Below, piece by piece: positions 38,001-51,683 of a stretch of DNA of 64,000 nt. A program made the translations under genes and the position numbers. The stretch is from assembly GCF_000150275.1 (NCBI RefSeq), contig NW_002060952.1, positions 1,540,452 to 1,604,451 of the forward strand, read 5' to 3'. The notes below the pieces were generated by a model. That model worked only from the letters and a program-made list of their open reading frames with translations. It had not been told where the DNA came from and did not search any database. Within the stretch, counting starts at the first letter, position 1. Each line of letters starts with the position of its first letter. This DNA is from Trichoplax adhaerens (lineage: Eukaryota > Animalia > Placozoa).

Positions 38001-41000
38001 ATACCATTTAACCAGTTTTGGAGTTCTCTTTCGAGTTACAAATATAACAAATGTAAGTTTACTAGAGATTATATGTTTTAGCTAAATCTTTTGTTGTCTA
38101 GATGAAATTTAAGAATTTTATATATGACTTATGAAATTTGTGTAACTTACTACTAAGATTAAATTTCGAGCAAGACTATTGTACTAGAGCTTGAGCATAA
38201 TGTTGCGGCAGTTTTGAAATTAAAAATAATTCGCAATTTTAGAAAGTAATATTGGACGAAAAGCTAAGTTAAATTAAACCACCAACAATTGAAGTCCAAA
38301 ACAAAGTAAATTAGGGGAAAACACCAGTTTATCGGAAATTTAGCAACAATCTTTGCAAAAATTTTTAAATGAGTAACAAAATAACGGCAGAACTCTTGCC
38401 TCAAGCAACCAAATTATCGATTAATGAGATAATTCACGATTATCGAAGACTTATCTTATTCTTCTCTATCTTCGACTGTACTAAACTATCGAATTACGCT
38501 ACGTTTATATGCTATGCAGAGCAGTTGGAGGTATTAAACTATCCAACTATTATCCTAAAGTACTCTAAATTAAACTAGCAACCAAACACACATTAAAGAT
38601 AAATGATACCCTAGATTCTAGAAATTACTAAATTGACATAATCGTAGTTTAGCTTGAAATTGTAGATTTCTACAGCATACACTAAGGCGGAAGAACAATC
38701 TTAAATTGGAACCTACATCGAACATTCAAGTTCATTCAGTATGAAATTATAAAGTGATATTAACCTTCTACTGTAATTAAGGATCAAAACTAGCTACATA
38801 TATATTCTATTACAACGTTCGAATTACAATCTCACAATATTTCATTTGTAGCAAAAATTATGCTACTAATTATTTTAAATTCTAACCCGAATAAAACTGT
38901 CGGGTTTACAATATACTAAGAAACTAAGTAAAATCTACTGTTATAATCAATCAAATAAGTGATATTTTTTAAGCTAGAATACTTATCGCGATACAAAACT
39001 AAGCTAAGAATAATTACATTACAAAATTTTCGAGGAGAATTCTAAAATTTAACCTTTATTATAGCAAGTTAATATTAGCTGTCTAAATTTAGTACTATTC
39101 CTTGCTAATTCTTTTACATCTACTCTAATAGTATAATTTTCACAGATTAATGACTTTAAAATTTTATTCTGCCTTAATAACATATTTAAATATTTTTCTT
39201 ACCTAATTTAGAGTAGTACAAGTGTGAATGACCATATTTTATCCACAATCACCTCACTTGGCTTGTCTATTTCTCTTGCTGCTCTGTGCGCAACATTATT
39301 AATGTTCGTTTGTGTAAGGTAATGCAAACTTTATAATTAGACAAATTAATCAGGTATGTTGGTATCAATTCATGGCCATAAGAAAGTTTTATTCTGAATT
39401 ATGAGTTGATTGATTGATTATTTGATTGAAACTGTTAGTAAGCCTATTGACTATTTATATCTAGGGCTTTGCGATCTGTTAAAAACTGGATTCACGCTAA
39501 TTTATGCGTGGCTATGATTTGTAATAATGCCGTATTTCTGGTTGGGATTGAAAGGACTGATAGTCAGGCAAGTATTAATTATACCCCCTCTAATTTTAAT
39601 ACATTTAAAAGTTTTCCTTCACTTTAACTACCGCCCTATACCTTTATTTTCGCTAATAATGAAAATATTAATTACTCTGTTTCCAGATTATTTGCAGTTT
39701 AGTTCGGCTTGTTTTGCATTATTCATGTTTGGCAACTTTTACATGGATGTGGGTCGAATCCATTTATATTTATCGTAAAGTTGTCAAAGTATTCTATAAG
39801 AAGAGACAACGTGGTCTTTATCTTCTACTCGGATGGGGTAAGTCAGATTCTTAGATATTTTTGTCTGAATGAGCAATTACTTATAAAGTACACCATACAA
39901 ATCTAAAAATATAAGATTATAAAATTAACGATCAATTCAATAAATTTCTTATTACGAACATTAAAAATTTAAATTTAATCCATATCATGTAATCCAGGTG
40001 CACCGGTTATAATTGTTATGGTAACAGTATTGGTCAAATTTGATATTTATTTTGAACCATACCATATGTAAGTTGCATCGGCAAATTTCTAAGATTAATA
40101 CGTATTGTTATTACTAATTATAAAAGTGATGATCTACTTGCTATATCATTGCTGTAATAGCAGCCTACAATGGAATAAGTTTTAGTAATGATGTATTCTG
40201 ATATTTTATGTCTTGTAGCTGCTGGATTACAATGAAACAAGGATTAGTATGGTCGTTTGTTGGTCCTGCAATTGCTATTATATGTGTAAGAAAATAAAGC
40301 ACAAAAGTCAATTGCTGCTAATACTTTCAAATACTTTCATTTTTGCGAACCTATTGACATGTTAACAACTAATTTATATAATTTATAGCAGTAATACTAA
40401 AAATTGTATTTAGATCAAGAAGATTAATTTACTACTGTAACTTATTCATTTACATCTACTTTTAGTTTAATTTCATAACTCATATTCTGGTTATCAAATC
40501 TTTAATATCAATAAAAGCCATGGCTTGTAAATCTGAGTTTGCAAAAATTAAGTAAGTTACGATATTAGCTGATAAGATTTTCTCTGTAACAACTTCAGAT
40601 ATTATAGCTTTTATGAAATATATTAGTTTATATCCTGGTCATTCTTAAAAATTTTGTATTAGCTAAAGATAGTATTGCAGTAATCGATTTCTTAATCTGT
40701 AAATCTTACGAATTTGTTATAAAGGGCTACAGTAAAAGCTTCAATTATTTTAATGCCACTATTTGGATCCACGTGGCTGTTTGGATTAATTTATATTGAA
40801 GATACAACCATTTTCTCCTATATATTTGTCACATTTAATTCGCTGCAGGTTTGCACATTTATTAAATCATATCATTGTATAAAGCAGAATCCATTACATA
40901 TCGTAGAATCTATTTAAATATTTCTTAGCATATCTACTGTCACAAACCAGCCTTGCGACAAGGTTTACATAAAAATATATCTCTAAATTTCTAAATTGTT

Positions 41001-42670
41001 CCGGATTCAATATCCTTTAACTATTCATAAGAACTTCAAGGCATTTGCTTCTAAGTTACATAGCTAGAGAACTGATTTTACTCAGTAGTCTGCTCAGCTT
41101 GAATATCTTTCGGTAGAGGCTAACACTGATGCATCATCTCAAACTATAATTATCAATATGGACATTTACTGACTGATTTTACATAATCGGATTACATTAT
41201 GTCCATTTACAAAGTCATGTTAATACATTTGTATCCAGTAATAGTCATAATTATTACTGTTACAAGAGCTTGTATCATAATCAATTACAATATGAGAATT
41301 GGATTACAGTACAACATATTATTTACTGTAACGCATTATAACATCAATGATTCATTGTGCAAGCAACTAAGTGTAGGTATCATATATAAATGTTATTTCG
41401 CTAAATTTAGTCATTTAATTCTTCACAGTAGTTTGTATCATGACACTACTCTGAGTGATATACATTTATGAGAGTATAGTATTCTTTAATTAATTTGCAC
41501 ATTACTGAATAATTGTAAAGGTATATATATATATACCCCTTTTTCTCTGGATTAATGCAACTATTGCGGTATCTTACAGGGATTGCTAATCTTCCTATTT
41601 CATTGTATCGGCGATAAGGAGGTATAATGCTCTACTAACGCAAGAAATAAAATACTTAATAAGAAATGTATAGGATAGCAATATGATAATCTTAATTCGT
41701 TAAGATTTGGATACAGTTATCGATGTAAAATTAATCAAGCATTATTTTATTTCAGAAATAATGATCATTTGCTTACTTAACAATTTGAGACAATTTTTAC
41801 ACTACCGATTCTATGTATAGGTTAGGCAAGAATTTATAAATGCTATTGGTGGAAAGCAGCAACAACTACAACCTCAAGCGCGGATACCTAGATTAATATC
41901 TCAACCACTTATCCAAGGTCTTCTGGTAAGCTACATTTAGCCACATAATTTACGTCATTGTTTATACTCAACTAACATCCTTGCAATAGTATTTTAGCGA
42001 TCAGAGATAATATTTACACCGGCTATATTAAAATAAATTTTTTGTATGTGTTTTCCAGGTTAAAAAACACTATTTTAAGTACACTGAGTCGTACTGTAAA
42101 CATAAATTAATTTTAATTCTAACTGTGCTTAAGGTTTATAGTTTTTCAAAATTTATACAAAATTTACTAAACACGGCTATGAAGCTCTACAGGAGAGTCG
42201 TGTTTAGTAAACTTTCCTATATACATATGTATGTTACTATATCTACTGAAATAGAAAGGCAATTGTCTTCAAAACTCATTTTTATATTTTATTGAAAACA
42301 CCAATAGACCATTCGTAACGTTCGAGTAAAGCCATTATCTACTATACCAATGTCTTCTATTCCTAATACTAATGAAGATCACTCAGAATGCTCAGGTATA
42401 TTTGCAGTTAAAATGAATTACTTATAGGCTCTTTACGTGAATATTGTGCTTATATGAAAGCTAATATATTAAAATTTGGCCTTATTTCATTGTTTATGAT
42501 TAATTTTTCTTATTGCCATGTATCAATATTATTTGCATTCACTGATAATAATAATCTAATATTTTTTTAAGCATTACTAAATGCCATTAGCTTAAGCTGA
42601 CGTGTAATTTACATTATCATTTATCTTAGTGGCTTTATCCTCGAGGACTTGGAGTAAGGAGAATCTCTAA
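32055..42670 (+). CDS. Adhesion GPCR (class B2): C-type lectin domain, Ser/Thr-rich stalk, GAIN/GPS, 7TM; start exon not resolved
   Basis: CTLD exon at about 32247-32720 (C..W, WLGL, WGSGQPN, WFDTEC). Ser-rich exon at about 33370-34359. GPS reads CAYW...WSTEGV...VCETYHLTSFGVLF (37710-38051). 7TM exons include IHANLCVA, LHYSCLATFTWMWVES, LLGWGAP, CWI...WSFVGP, ILMPLFGSTWLFG and FNSLQGLLIFLFHC. Predicted stop at 42668-42670. Confidence 0.9.
40938..41445. mobile_element. Solo LTR (508 bp) in an adhesion-GPCR intron, 4-bp TSD CTAC
   Basis: Starts TGTCAC and ends ATGACA, flanked by CTAC at 40934-40937 and 41446-41449. Its first 25 bp or so resemble the left end of the element at 47982. Confidence 0.65.
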
Positions 42671-43870
42671 AAGTTGCTAAATATCAACAATTGTATTATT
42701 TTGTTGCAAATAATACCATTTACTATAGTGGTTGGAGAAGTGGCCAATTTCATACTTTCAGCCCAGTTTCTGGTACATAAAGAATGATATCTCATATAGC
42801 GGTTATTATCACCGAAGATAGACAAGAACGCTGGGTCTCACTAGGAGTTATCATTTATGATTTTAACATTGATCTTGTATTCTATGCCTACTATGCTATA
42901 TGTTTTCACTTATATTACAGTGCAAGCCCTAAGATTGTAAGCATAGAATAAGTACAGTCATGTAAAGCTTTCTGACTACACTAGTTTATTCTGCGTTTTA
43001 ATGGCCAAAGGGTAAGTGGTGAATAGCGTAAGCAAATAGATGACTACTTACCAGAAATGCGATTAATTGATGAACCGTATCCTTGCTAGTATATTCTTAT
43101 CGTTTTGTGCTAAGTAGCACATCGGGTCTTATTGCTTTTCACGATATTTATATCAGATCTTGTAACATTTTGTAGATTTAAGTAAGTAAATCTGTATTCA
43201 TTCAAGGCTGATATTATGCTAATTCGAAAAGTATAGATTTATTAAAAATTGCTTGATGGAGAGTACTGAACTCACCAAAATGGCAGTGTTTCACTAGATC
43301 AAATCCTATCTGATTGATGTTAATTTACAAAACATTTTAGTTATAGCGACACTATATCAAATTTAAATGATAGGCATAGTGTACTGAATCGCTATCATTA
43401 GATCAAAATAAATCTCATAAAGCTTGTTATTAAGTCAAATAAATTGTTAAGTATAGTTTGCATTATAATGCTAAAACTAAATAACAAAAGTCAATTCAGA
43501 AATGTTTTACGTTATATTACATTGAAAACAAGTATTAATTATGTCAACTTTAACGCTCTTTAAGCCTTCAGATTGGTATTTATGTCGTTTACTAAAGGAT
43601 TAAGCCCGTAAAGTTGCTAATTTTATATATTATTTAACTGTAATTATAGTTATTCAAATTTAATAAATAATTTCTTTTGTTCGCCTTATATTGCTAAAAA
43701 ATAGGCCATATTATATTACTAGTACTAAAATTATGGTATCCGATAATATTAGTAGATAGTATTAATATTATATTGATCTCTTATTAATTAATTGCCTCCC
43801 AGTTTTAAATACTGTTAAAGACTATAAAGCGACTCATAATTATCTTTGCTATATTTAGATTGAAGCAATA

Positions 43871-44079
43871 GCTACCCAGGAAATTTCATAATTTTGACCC
43901 TTTATTCGATTCTAAATCAAACATTTGATCGATATTTTACTGGTAGAACGACATAATTCCACGTAAGCCACAACAAACATTTATTCATGTGGAATTATGT
44001 CGTTCTACTAGTGAAATGTCGATTAAATTTTTGATTTAACATTGAAGCGAGGGCAAAGTTACGAAATTTCCTGGGTAGC
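43871..44079 (+). repeat. Long imperfect inverted repeat (arms about 94 bp, loop about 22 nt): candidate hairpin RNA or palindromic MITE
   Basis: GCTACCCAGGAAATTTC...GTAGAACGACATAATTCCAC pairs with GTGGAATTATGTCGTTCTAC...GAAATTTCCTGGGTAGC. Confidence 0.9.
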
Positions 44080-46430
44080 GATTAAAAAGAGTTTTTTACT
44101 AAAAATTATTGTTGAATAATACAGTAGTAATCCTAGAGCACATAAGCTATACACAACTCGCTCTCAGGCTACCATCTTAACTTCTTCCTAAAAGCACACA
44201 ACTATCTTAACATTTAATGTATCCTTGACACCATTAGTCCATTCAGGTCTAGTACTGCCATCTTACTTATGACACTATGTCCAAATACGGAGCAGTTACG
44301 AGTTAACATGTACTCAACCATAAGTTAGTCATAATTACAGTGATTCCAACGGGCAGTAAATTATTATTTCTTTGCGTACGGTAAATAACCACTAATTTTG
44401 GTAATACTATCTAATAGTAAGATAGTACTGTATTAAGGCCCAATATAATGAACAAAAAATTAGTATTTGACTAAACAAGGCTAAACCATAGGCCACTAAA
44501 TGAAAACTGATGTTCTTATAGTAGCCCATGGCTAAACCAGCGTATTTGCGCTAATACAGACATTAGTCAAATTACTATTCTATTTTCTATAATTACAATA
44601 TTATTACACTTTATTATTATTTTTTCGAAAACCTACAGTGTAAATTTAATGTGCTGTATAACAAGACAAACTCTTCAATTGAATTCGAAAATTGAAGATA
44701 ATTGGAGCTGTATTTCTCAATGGTACAATTTATGTTGCGTTAAAAATGGTTATATATCATTAATACCGACTACCATCTAAGATATAATATAATGGTTCAT
44801 CGAGATTAGCCAGTGTACTTACTAACCGTTAGATATTCAAGTATCGAACAAGTATCGAAGTAGCAACTCTTTAACTAGCCGGCTATTATAGAACAATTTC
44901 TTTAATAGCCCAACAAATTTATTGCATGTCGTTTCGTGACGCTATCACAGTACTTGTGGCGAATAAACTACAAATTTCGGTATATTTTATTGGTATATTT
45001 TCATGCGTGGAATATAATTCGTAGAATTGATCACATATGCAATCTGCTGCGTAAAAATCGAACATATACAGATTTATATTCATGTAACCGCTAGATTGAC
45101 GATCTTCCGGAAGAAAATATAGCTTCTCATTCATTGTGCTAGACAGGCATGAATTCTTATCATGATATTTTGTTTTAGCAACATTACTTCGTCAGTAAAG
45201 GTGTTACTTATAAATTACAGTTATCACAAAATGGAGAGTACGAATTTAGAAGTAATATCTAAGCGTATAGTTATAGTATAATCCGTACGTAATTGAACTT
45301 GATTGATTATATTTTATACCCCTGTAGTATATGAGTATTTACTAAATACCGAATTCATTCATAATCTAACATCTTTAAATTCTCTACCTATTCTCTTAAA
45401 CAATGAATATAGAAGCAAGGGAGAGGGAAAACATTAGATAAAATAAAAAAATATTCACTTGGTGAACAATTTATTCATTGACATGACCGTGCTGTAATAA
45501 ACAGGATGCAATTTTTCCTTTCTTTTATAGCTAGCATGGATTCGATAAAAGCTCTGAAAAATATTCTCAACAGTCTTCACTGCATTCATCCTGGGAAGGC
45601 TTACAGCAAATGAAACTAATTATTCAATGTTTTACAGGAAGATTACAATGGAATGTAATTTATATCATGAAATTTAAGCTACTCATACCTTACCGATGAA
45701 GAAAAAATTTTTGTCGTATTCATACGGCAGGTGTTGTATTATGTTCCTTAATTTTAAATATTTTGAGTAAGATTGTAATATACTCGTAAATTCCAATGTA
45801 ACTTGCTTTACAGAATTTTTTTACAATATTATTAGTCTTAAGTTCATTTGCCAATCACAGTACAGTATATTTTCAATTCCGAACTCATCAAGAGTTATTA
45901 ATGCCGAAATAGCATCTAAATCACAAATACTTTACAAAATGAAGGCTAGACAAAGCATGAAAACATTCAGAAAGTAAATAAGTTACTCATCTAACTAAAT
46001 GTATACGTATAGTCATAAGCGTAATCAATATTTTTCCCCGTCTATCAAATAACATCTAACACATACAATAGTAGTATGCGTAAATAAAATTGCTATCGAT
46101 ATTCCTTATATAAATTTCAAAGGTAGTATGGAAGAACTACAAAAATTATAATATTAATATTATCCTTATTTTGCCGTACAAAGGTCAGATGTATTTCCTT
46201 ATCTTTGAAATAAAATAAGCAATAAGAATGACGTTCAAAAAATAATTTTCCAGAATGCACAGGGTTTGAGAAGAAAACTCATGCTTCACTAAGCACTTTG
46301 ATCATAATAGGCGTAAATTTATGCTTGGATTTATGTAGGCAGGTTACTCTATTGTGATAGCTGTGACATTGTAAGGCCTAGAAATGGAAGAAGATTCCAA
46401 TATTCCAACTTACTAACAATATAAGGGGTG

Positions 46431-46805
46431 TGTGATATATACCAATCACGAAATTCCAAATTTTAGAAAAATAAGGGCTTTATTCAATCTTATACAAAGA
46501 TTAACTACACAGCTCTACTCTAGCCGAATACTACTTCTAAAGACTTCTACAATAAACTAACAGAATAATCTAAAGTTGCATGCTTTTATACTTTCCGTAG
46601 CATTCGCAGCTACAATCCGCATGGCAACCTTTTACCTTATTTTACACATAGTTAAATTATTCTTAGTAAGACTATTCTACTACGGACCATCATTAATCCA
46701 ATATGGATACGACTACAGTACTTACGTAGACATTATTCACACCAGCCAAAGTACAATGAATTAACCATATCCTAATATATGATTTACAGTTCTCTTACGC
46801 TATCT
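46431..46805 (-). mobile_element. Truncated, diverged copy of the solo LTR at 53191-53671, in inverted orientation
   Basis: TGTGATA terminus. The blocks acagctctactctagccgaatactac, aaagacttcta and catatcctaatatat match the reverse complement of about 53290-53671. Confidence 0.7.
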
Positions 46806-46842
46806 AAGTGTTCCTACAGCAATACTCAGTAATAATTGTTAG

Positions 46843-47105
46843 AATAAACTATTTTCAACCGTTACGTTGCAACGCATAGCTTACGCTGTCAAAGTTCTAC
46901 AACTGTAATATTCAAAATACTTTTTAGTAATAAGCTAATTATAATAGCTACGTTGGCATAGTTTACGTTGTCTAATTTTTACTAATGTAATGCTAAACAA
47001 TAATTAAAAAAATAAACTATTTTTAACGGCTACGTTGTTATAGTTTACGTTATGTAGGTTCTACTACTGTAATATCGAACAACAATTTTTAGTAATAAAG
47101 TACTT
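46843..47105. repeat. Degenerate tandem repeat, about 3 x 85 bp
   Basis: Recurring aataaactatttt...tacgttg...atag(c/t)ttacg(c/t)t...tgtaat...tttttagtaataa. Confidence 0.6.
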
Positions 47106-49175
47106 TTTAACCAATAAGTAGGAAGACTAATTACATATTATTGGGTGACTAATTTAAAGTGGGACTAGAAATAGGATTCTATTACAATCATGTAATAAAT
47201 TAAGTTCTTGAAAATCTGTGTTTGATATAAATTATAAGGTATGTAAGTCTTATTAATTGGAAGAGGAATAGTATTGCAGTTAGAGTAGATATTGAGTTCT
47301 GATATGTAGTTCAGCGACATCAAAATAGGTCGTAAATTACGTTACTTTGTTGCAAAGCTATTTCATAGCACTTGCAAAGATATCTTGCTGATATTAATGA
47401 AACTATGATATATACGTTTAGAATAGTGTATTAAATATAAAGAATTACTTAAGATCTGTACTTAGAAAATCGATGGAATTACTAGCGGAGACGATTGTAC
47501 TTATTCTAAGTAGCAATAGCGACAATTGAGCGAAATCAGCAGATAAATGATCAGATGTGTATGCTGTTCATTGATAGCACAGGATAAAGTGCTGTTACTT
47601 AGTTTTTGCCAGTAAATAATATTATTTCCAATAACGATGTATATTATTGAGGGGTTCAATGGCTCTACTGATGGAGAACTAGTAATTATATTAAGCTATA
47701 GACTAGACAGAGCACCAATCCAAGCTATAAAATACTATCACTGTTTACACGAGCAATTTAATCTAGATTTTAAATGTTCATTGATGCTTTATTATATNNN
47801 NNNNNNNNNNNNNNNNNNNNNNNNNNNNNNNNNNNNNNNNNNNNNNNCACTACTGTATATCGAACAACAATTTTTAGTAATAAAGTACTTTTTAACCAAT
47901 AAGTAGGAAGACTAATTACATATTATTGGGTGACTAATTTAAAGTGTGGCTAGAAATAGGATTCTATTACAATCATGTAATTGTCACAACCCTCACTTGT
48001 GGCAAAGGAAAGTAAAGAACTAGTGTAGTTACTTAAAACTTGGGCTATTTCTCCCAGTACTTTCAGTTTCTATGAGAGAACTATTTGAGAACTCGCTTTC
48101 TCGGCTGATCTCCACAGACAACTGACTAATTATTACACTATTCTTCACGATATGAGTCTTGCCGTTTCTTGAGCAATTACTTACTTTATTCTACAAACAC
48201 ACGCGCTTAAATAGGTTTCTACAGTGAATTCCAATATTAACGAGTGAGAATTCATGCTTTACAAGTTACATTAATTAGTATAATACCATTACTAAATATA
48301 CATGTCGATATCCTCAGACTTAGATAGCTACAAGCTATCAGGTGTTAAGACGCTTAACCTTCGTCCATATACAGCTCAATTTTTAGAGATTAACACAAAT
48401 TATAAACCTACACTAAATTAACTGCTAACAACTTCTATTTTTATCTCATTTCTACCATCCTATTATCAGCTACAAGTGCATTAAAACATAGCACATAACC
48501 TTATCTTATCTATTCATAAGCATTCATTAATTTACAGTTACTTAATTAGTAACGGCGTACCGTGACAGTAATAAATTAAGTTCTTGAAAATCTGTGTTTG
48601 ATATAAACTATAAGGTATGTAAGTCTTATTAATTGGAAGAGGAATAGTATTGCAGTTAGAATAGAGATATTAAGTTCTGATATGTAGTTCAGCGACATCA
48701 AAATAGGTCGTAAATTACGTTACTTTGTTGCAAAGCTATTTCATAGCACTTGCATAGATATCTTGCTGATATTAATGAAACTATGATATATACGTTTAGA
48801 ATAGTGTATTAAATATAAAGAATTACTTAAGATCTGTACTTAGAAAATCGATGGAATTACTAGCGGAGACGATTGTACTTATTCTAAGTAGCAATAGCGA
48901 CAATTGAGCGAAATCAGCAGATAATGATCAGATGTGTATGCTGTTCATTGATAGCACAGGATAAAGTGCTGTTACTTAGTTTTTGCCAGTAAATAATATT
49001 ATTTCCAATAACGATGTATATTATTGAGGGGTTCAATGGCTCTACTGATGGAGAACTAGTAATTATATTAAGCTATAGACTAGACAGAGCACCAATCCAA
49101 GCTATAAAATACTATCACTGTTTACACGAGCAATTTAATCTAGATTTTAAATGTTCATTGATGCTTTATTATATT
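47063..49175. other. Near-identical 735-bp segment present on both sides of an assembly gap (probably unmerged haplotypes)
   Basis: 47063-47797 matches 47849-47981 plus 48573-49175 with only a few substitutions. The gap is 50 N at 47798-47847. Confidence 0.9.
47982..48567 (-). mobile_element. Solo LTR (586 bp), TGTCAC...GTGACA termini, 5-bp TSD GTAAT
   Basis: Defined by the empty site aatcat-GTAAT-aaattaag at about 47186 versus the filled site with GTAAT at 47977-47981 and 48568-48572. The minus strand has TATTTAAG (about 48210) followed by AATAAA (48185-48190). Confidence 0.9.
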
Positions 49176-51683
49176 ACACTACCGAAATCGAATAATATTA
49201 TCGGAGTATAGGTACTGCATGGTCAAAATAGAACAATTATATAGCAGCTCTGAGTTGATTGCATTAACAAGCACTTATATGAGTAGTATCCATCTAATCA
49301 ATCCTGACAGTTGCTTTACAACAGGCACAAAATAGGATAGTGGAATCCATTTTAAGCTTTTACGTTAGCAAATTACATGTTGTATCAAGCCGTAGAGTTT
49401 GTGACCTTGTGCTAATAGAAAGATTTAGAACAAAACATAAATTATTGAATGGCATCAATTCATGGGTATTTAAAACCTATATTGTTTACAGAAAGACTGG
49501 AGAGAGAAAAGCGCCAAATGCTTAATATAGGAATTAAATGGGTCTTAACCTATGAAATAATTTTTTTCAAAGGAGATTGAATAATTACGGTATGAATCAT
49601 TTATCCAAAATTTTTTACTCTAGCCACGACTTTAATTATCAACATTAAAATGATTGAAATAGAAGACATACAATGCAGGAATTGATATTGGCCAAATTTT
49701 ATCAACTAATGAAGTATTTTATTTAGTAGAATATTTATTACAGCTTTAATAGTAGTCGTTGCAAGGTTTTCAGTGCTTACAGATTAGCCATTATGGGTCT
49801 GAAATGGAAATCAAAGCAAGTACAAATATGGAATATCCCTTTTTACCAAAATTATTGCTATACATATAAGTCGATTCCATTCTAGATATTTTAATAATTC
49901 ATGTAATTGATCTTGACGTTTCATCGAGCGGATATTAAACCGTATACAGGGCAGATTTAGAGATAAATAATCCTTCCTTAAAGTCGTTATATTTTCCGAA
50001 AATTGAATTATGGATAATAAAACGATTGAAATTTGATACTTAATATCTGAAATCATAGCTAAAATAAAAGTGTAGTAATTGACGTATTTAGAGATTAAAA
50101 TTGAAGTTTACAAATATGTTATAGTCAAATATAGTAGATTCGCATATATAATGTTTCATTAAAATGATCAATGATAGCTAACATTTTAATTGTCAGTATT
50201 TTTTAATGACTGAAATTAAAATTGATAGCCGCTTTCAATAAACGGAATTAAATGATGATATGAGAAGAGCAGGGTGTATTATTTCATTGAGTTCGATTTA
50301 TGATGTCAAGTAGCGGAACTTAAGATTGCAAAAATAAAACTGGAAAATTCTAAGTGATAAATAATTAACACAAGTATTTACAGTTTGCTACTATAGCTTT
50401 ACTTCACTATTTTACATCAAGCATGTCATTTTGTAAATCAAATACGTAAACTAAATTATAGCCGTATGCTTAAAGTGACTCTCCTTGTGCTACCAGCAAC
50501 GATAATATTTTTAACCTTCTATGTTGTTACTACCTATTGCATTGAATGCAGAAAAAAGCACCCATTGCATTGAATTCAGAAAAAGGCACCTATCTCATCG
50601 CTGGTTTTATATTGTTTCCATGTTAATTAAGTAAATTAGATGACGAGAAAGGTATCAATCAATTAATACGTTAAAGTTAGCAGAAAAAGTGATTATGATA
50701 TATATATATGTAAATATATAAATTTATATATATCTATTAATTTAAGTACAGAGAATAGCGCTACGAAATTCCGGGTGGCGGAAGCCAAGTAAACACACAC
50801 GATTTGAAAACATCAACTATGATAAATAAAGAACTGGAGCGTATAAATGGACAAGATTCAACCAATCGTTTTTGTTTTATTTAATTAAATTTATTAAGAT
50901 AAGACAGCATTCCATTAAACAATAACCTTGTTAATCAATTTGATTAATGCAAATTAAATGTCATACAATAAGTTCATGGAACGCTATGAATACGTGGCAT
51001 TACCGCAATCTTTCATTTAGAATAGAGATACAAAGATCTGGAAACATCAATTTTTATCCAAATTTCTTATGTTGCTGACAATAAGTTTGTTTTATAGAAT
51101 ATGCTAGCTTTATTAAATTTTGATTTGATTATATAACCAGTGTTTAATATATTTTTTAAGCTTCGTAACCATGTTTGTCCATGATATTGGATGCTCTCTT
51201 ATCTTTGATTAAAGTAATGATCATCAGATGGAAGGAATTTAAAATTACACTTTCTTAACAGAATTTAACTTTGATGATCGATATCGTTTTATCAAATCCT
51301 GTTCCGCACGAACTGCTATTTAATTAGCTATTTAGAATCGTCGACAACAAATCAGAGTTAAAGCTTTCTAATCATCTTCAACCTTAATATTTGACATCTT
51401 GCCATTCTATTCTATCGAGAGTAGTATTGACGGATACTTTAGCATTATTATCATCAGAAAAAGTAACTATTGCTGTATTGGTGTTGTTGGATACTACTTG
51501 CTCGATCCTTTTTCTTTTATAATATTTATGAACAGACTACTGATATGATTCTAATTTTATAAATTTAAAGAAAATCTAATTCTTGTATCTAAGTTTCATT
51601 TTATTTACCGTTATAAAAAAACAGTTTTCATTAACAGCAATCGCTTACATGTATTATTCTGTTAACGCATCATACAGGGTTTA

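Noticed and set aside
47637-49211. Duplicated 65-89 aa ORF MYIIEGFNG...
   Set aside because: A by-product of the duplicated segment, with no recognisable domain.
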